DNA of 3,182 nt from Pavona decussata (taxonomy: Eukaryota): NCBI GenBank assembly GCA_977016875.1. It is one part of the record CDRNST010000213.1 of this genome. One strand, 5' to 3'. A model generated the notes under the pieces. It was not told the DNA's origin, searched no databases, and saw only the letters and a program-made list of their open reading frames with translations. Both the position numbers and the translations under genes were made by a program. Of this stretch, positions 1 through 3,182 are shown piece after piece. Position 1 is the first letter of the stretch. The number at the start of each line of letters is the position of its first letter.

Positions 1-685
1 ATGTTCAAATTAAAATCGATTCTTATTGCATAAAAGCAATAGCCTGTAAAATTCAAACTACAGTACATTTGAAACAGTTCGTTCGCTCAAACCGTTCTCG
101 CATGTTGACGACACGTTCATATACTCCATTATGCAAATTTGGTCATTTCATGCGATCAAGAGCACAAAGTCAAGCGCTTGCAAATGAGTCAGGCTGAAAA
201 CGTCCAGTTTATCTTTCATGTATAACATTACCCTCCTTGTGGCATGAAAAATTGTTGCATATTTCAACAGACTGTTCATTATACCGCCAAGAATAGCGAA
301 AAACGTGTGCCGAGGGTCATTGCCATTGTCGAAGGTCAACTGAAGTGAACATCTTTCACTGTGAGTTCGCATACTTTTCGCTTATATTGCATATACCTCA
401 AAAAGAGAACTGCTTATTATGATAAAACGCGTCCAATCTTTTTTTTCAGATTTTTGAATAACTAACGGAATAAACGCAAGTATAAACGTCGTAAAATGTC
501 CATTTAGTGCTGGTGATCATTAGTAAGCTTACGCGACGACAGGACCCACTTACACTGTACCCGGTTGAAAAGAGCGAATTTGCCTACTGCAAATCACGAG
601 AAATCTGCTATTACACAAAATCAAGAATTTTCGCTCTGAATGCTTTGAGAGGGGGTTTTCCGGGTTTCTGATTCTCTGGTTCCTT

Positions 686-751
686 GCCGCCATTTCAGAG
701 CACGTTCCACTTGGTATATCAGGCCATGCATTGTTCGTTAAATCCAATCAG
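686..751 (-). promoter_or_regulatory. NF-Y CCAAT box plus YY1-like motif (promoter-like pair)
   Basis: CCAATCAG at 744-751 and GCCGCCATTT at 686-695 (AAATGGCGGC on the minus strand) match NF-Y and YY1 consensus motifs about 50 bp apart. Motif match only. Confidence 0.3.
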
Positions 752-828
752 AAATAGAATTTTGACTTGAATTCTTGAGACGACTAACGGGATCAATTTT
801 CAAGTAATAGATTCATAAATAGGATCTT

Positions 829-843
829 GGGGGGGGGGGGGGG
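829..843 (+). repeat. G15 homopolymer
   Basis: 15 consecutive G (tctt-G15-aggtac) in an otherwise AT-rich background. Confidence 0.95.
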
Positions 844-1026
844 AGGTACGCTTCACCTGGCTCGACTGTAGTAAAAAATTGACAATTGGTCGCAGACACA
901 TCCACGAACTGTCACCTCGAATTCAAATAGGACAGTGAAATAAACTTTCCCTTGATGTCGCGTGCAGGGAAGAAATACACCAAAGATAATTTGTATGCCC
1001 CCAGGCAAAACAAAAAATTGGCTTAA

Positions 1027-1292
1027 AGTTTCAATTCACGAGAACTTTTAAAAATACTTCATTGCAAATACCATGCACCGCACAATGTTTGGTATACGAC
1101 ATTTGAGAGCTGTTTCTGACATGGAGTCGCGTTTTCCTTCATTTATCTGTGTATTCTTACAATAAATACGTTGCAATTTTCTGAACGCCTGGAACAGGCT
1201 ATAATAACTTCAATTTGGAATTTACACAAATATGCCAAATTAATACTCTAAGCAATTTATTTGACAAAAGTTCTCGTGTTTGTAAGAAACCT
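1027..1292. mobile_element. Degenerate ~266-bp MITE with TTAA target-site duplication (Kolobok/T2-like)
   Basis: Left end: TTAA(1023-1026)-agtttcaatt-cacgagaactttt(1037-1049). Right end: aaaagttctcgtg(1266-1278)-tttgtaagaaacct-TTAA(1293-1296). This gives a perfect 13-bp inverted core, matching AG(G)TTTC termini, TTAA on both sides, and weak further inward similarity (aaata..attgc). Confidence 0.7.
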
Positions 1293-1509
1293 TTAAAGGT
1301 TCTATTGCTGATCATGACGATTGGCGAAAACAAACTGACCTACGAAGCTCCGTGGACCATAGTTAATAAAAGGCAATAGTTATGAAGCCCGACAAATTTC
1401 TTTGTTATATGTTTTTGTTAGCATTTTTGGCCTTGACAGTGCAAAGACGACAATAGATTTTGAAATGTGTTGGTGCAACTGACCAGTAGAAACGTTCGTG
1501 TTAAGATAT

Positions 1510-1833
1510 TTAACTGTAGTGTGAACATTCAAACAAAGGATTGTGCACTGTCGTGGCCCTTCCAACATAAATTGCAGCACCATTGTTTTCATGGCAAAGT
1601 TTCATAACCAGTCCCTCAAATAACTATGCGTGGACCAACCTGGAACTATCAGCATTGGTCTCTTCAGTTCTTAAAAAAATACCTGAGCTGGAGACCTTAA
1701 AAAAAACACCGTGCCCAACATTTCTATCGTGTCCTGATCTTCCTGTCGTTTGGAGAACTCCACATGTAAGTCGCGGCGGCTAAAGTCAACATCAACAGGA
1801 AAGCTTTTCTCGGATGGTCCAGTTCCATGAAAC
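1510..1833 (-). pseudogene. Possible decayed coding exon of unknown product
   Basis: A T-rich tract plus AG (minus strand, ending at 1834) precedes a frame FHGTGPSEKSFPVDVDFSRRDLHVEFSKRQEDQDTIEMLGTVFF. With one frameshift in the A8 run (1699-1706) it continues KVSSSGIFLRTEETNADSSRLVHA*LFEGLVMKLCHENNGAAIYVGRATTVHNPLFECSHYS*, with an internal TAG at 1624-1626. It looks protein-like but needs two repairs and no homology is confirmed. Confidence 0.25.
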
Positions 1834-1959
1834 CTTGTATAAACGAAAAATAGTAATAAAAGGAAATCAAGTCGGTGTTTGACATTCACCATAATAATTT
1901 TTTAATCAGTTGAAATAAGAACAATTTTCAATTCTTGTGAACAAAAATGATTTAGTTAA

Positions 1960-2367
1960 GGAAGCTCGAGGCAGTTTTTTTGGACTTAGGGTGGAAGTTT
2001 TGAAATTACAATCTCGCATACAAGATAAACTTCGATCTCCTTCATACTACATCATAATTTCAACATATGATCAAAGTTTATTTTCTCATTGGTTTCCAAG
2101 CAACAGCTATTACCATAGCAACGCAAGCGCATAGCCTCTCATTTTAAACATTGTCGATTATCTCGAAATCTAGTCAGACACTTTATGACGAAACTTTAGG
2201 GATTTAAACTACTCAATCTAGACAACTGGTAGGCGAAATTAGAAAAAAAATCTGTAAGAGCGTTTTCAGGTAAATAATGAATCAATTTTTATGGGGTGAT
2301 TTTGTTTATTCCAGCATTTTCCACCAATATCTCTGGCAAAATTAAACTTGATACTTTGTCTTTTCTT
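1960..2367. mobile_element. Possible left part of another TTAA-type non-autonomous element interrupted by the palindromic element
   Basis: TTAA (1956-1959) is followed by GGAAGCTCGAGG (purine-purine start), then non-coding AT-rich sequence up to the next TTAA insertion site. No partner terminus lies in the window, so this is inference only. Confidence 0.35.
2092..2122. promoter_or_regulatory. Two tandem RFX X-box-like motifs with an abutting inverted CCAAT
   Basis: GTTTCCAAGCAAC (2092-2104) and ATTACCATAGCAAC (2109-2122) fit the RFX X-box pattern (RTHNYY-n(1-2)-RRNAAC). ATTGG is at 2088-2092. Function is not demonstrable from sequence. Confidence 0.4.
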
Positions 2368-2371
2368 TTAA

Positions 2372-3182
2372 AGGGTCTTTCCTCATAGCAAAACATTCTA
2401 AATGTATATTGAGCTTCATGGGTGTCTCCGATTTTAAGATATTTATGTTTAAAATCAGTGAAAATAAAGCGCAGATGAATAAAAAAAGTTCCTACTTTGC
2501 ATAAATCGAGATATCTTTAAAATGCCCCCACAGATTTTTCCGTTAAATTACAAGCGGTTAAAGTAATACTTCTTTTCGATATCTACGCAAGTTTTAGGTT
2601 CAGGAACCGAAATTGGTGTTAGATAAGAAGGCTGAATCGTGGTCAAGTTTGAGTCGTTATTCGCTTTCTCCGAACAAGAATTTTATTTTGTTTGTCCCGG
2701 TCTATTTCACTTCTAGTCACGTGCTTTGAATATTTATCATAACGTAAAGTCGTGTAAAAGGTAAAATTTACAATGGAAGACTTGAGAAGCAGGAGCATAT
2801 ATTTATGTAAATTGTACCTTTTCCACGACTTCACGTAATCATAAATATTCACAGCACGTGAATAGCAGTGGAATAGACCGGGACAAACAAAATAAAACTC
2901 TTGTTCGGAGAAAGCGAATAATGACTGAAACTTGACAAAGATTCAACCTTCTTATCTAACACCGGTTTCGGTTCTTGAGCCTAAAAATTGCGTGAATATC
3001 GAAAAGAATTGTTACTCTAACCACTTGTAATTTAACAGAATAATCTGCCGGGGCATTTTAAAGATATCTCGATTTATGCAAAGTAGGAACTTTTTCATTC
3101 ATCTGCGCTTTATTTTAACTGTTTTCAAACATAAATATCTTAAAATCGGAGCGCCCATGAAGCTCAATATACATTTAGAATG
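2372..3182. mobile_element. Non-autonomous foldback-type DNA transposon (MITE-like), probably Kolobok/T2 type; right end predicted about 22 bp beyond the window
   Basis: The element is almost entirely inverted repeat with no coding capacity. TTAA (2368-2371) followed by AGGG lies 22 bp outside the last pairable base. TTAA target duplication with purine-purine 5' termini is the established Kolobok/T2-MITE signature, whereas piggyBac starts with CC. The right terminus and second TTAA are not visible. Confidence 0.75.
2394..3182. repeat. Long imperfect inverted repeat: left arm 2394-2772 (379 bp), right arm 2806-3182 (377 bp, truncated by window edge), spacer 2773-2805 (33 bp)
   Basis: Hand alignment of the left arm to the reverse complement of the right arm gives about 35 substitutions and two 1-nt indels (~90% identity). 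The window's last bases ...gctcaatatacatttagaatg are the reverse complement of cattctaaatgtatattgagc at 2394. Longest perfect block is 41 bp (2488-2528). Confidence 0.98.

Noticed and set aside
521-545. tagtaagcttacgcgacgacagg with 10-bp palindrome gtaagcttac as a possible element end
   Set aside because: No partner inverted terminus in the window, and 10-bp palindromes (also caagcgcttg at 171-180) are expected by chance.
853-1035. ~60-codon minus-strand open frame containing GVFLPCTRHQGKVYF
   Set aside because: No ATG or good splice acceptor and it crosses the MITE boundary. Its vague IRF-like look shows how easily such resemblance arises by chance.
40-1201. tagcctgt (40-47) and acaggcta (1194-1201) as terminal inverted repeats
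   Set aside because: Only 8 bp match, and such an element would cross the better-supported MITE boundary at 1027.
1380-1783. ORFs 1380-1592 (-) and 1583-1783 (+)
   Set aside because: Short, no recognisable product; they are alternative or antisense frames of the weak exon-like region.
1937-2134. 65-aa plus-strand ORF
   Set aside because: Non-ATG start, crosses a putative element boundary and has no recognisable motif.
2643-2852. 69-aa minus-strand ORF
   Set aside because: Lies across the centre of the inverted repeat, has no recognisable domain and is not transposase-like.
2394-3182. Palindrome as a selected structural RNA gene or an assembly foldback artefact
   Set aside because: G-U-compatible changes are balanced between strands (about 9 versus 10), giving no sign of RNA-level selection. 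The ~10% arm divergence argues against a read-foldback artefact.
1-3182. CRISPR array, tRNA/rRNA genes, prokaryotic operon or transposase gene
   Set aside because: No regularly spaced direct repeats, recognisable RNA gene sequence or long ORFs were seen.

Overview
AT-rich, essentially non-coding window that reads like eukaryotic (animal-type) intronic/intergenic DNA: no long ORFs, no operon-like layout, a G15 run and metazoan-type cis motifs. The organism cannot be determined from the sequence. The dominant feature is a large imperfect palindrome (arms 2394-2772 and 2806-3182, 33-bp spacer, ~90% identity by hand alignment) that runs off the right edge. Its left extension begins at TTAA|AGGG (2368-2375), the signature of a non-autonomous TTAA-targeting Kolobok/T2-type DNA transposon. 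A second, older MITE with degenerate terminal inverted repeats and TTAA on both sides lies at 1027-1292. A possible third TTAA|GG terminus at 1956-1970 may be the host into which the palindromic element inserted. Weaker signals are a disrupted exon-like frame on the minus strand (1510-1833), a CCAAT/YY1/splice-donor cassette (548-751) and tandem RFX X-box-like motifs (2092-2122). None of the listed ORFs is a convincing gene.
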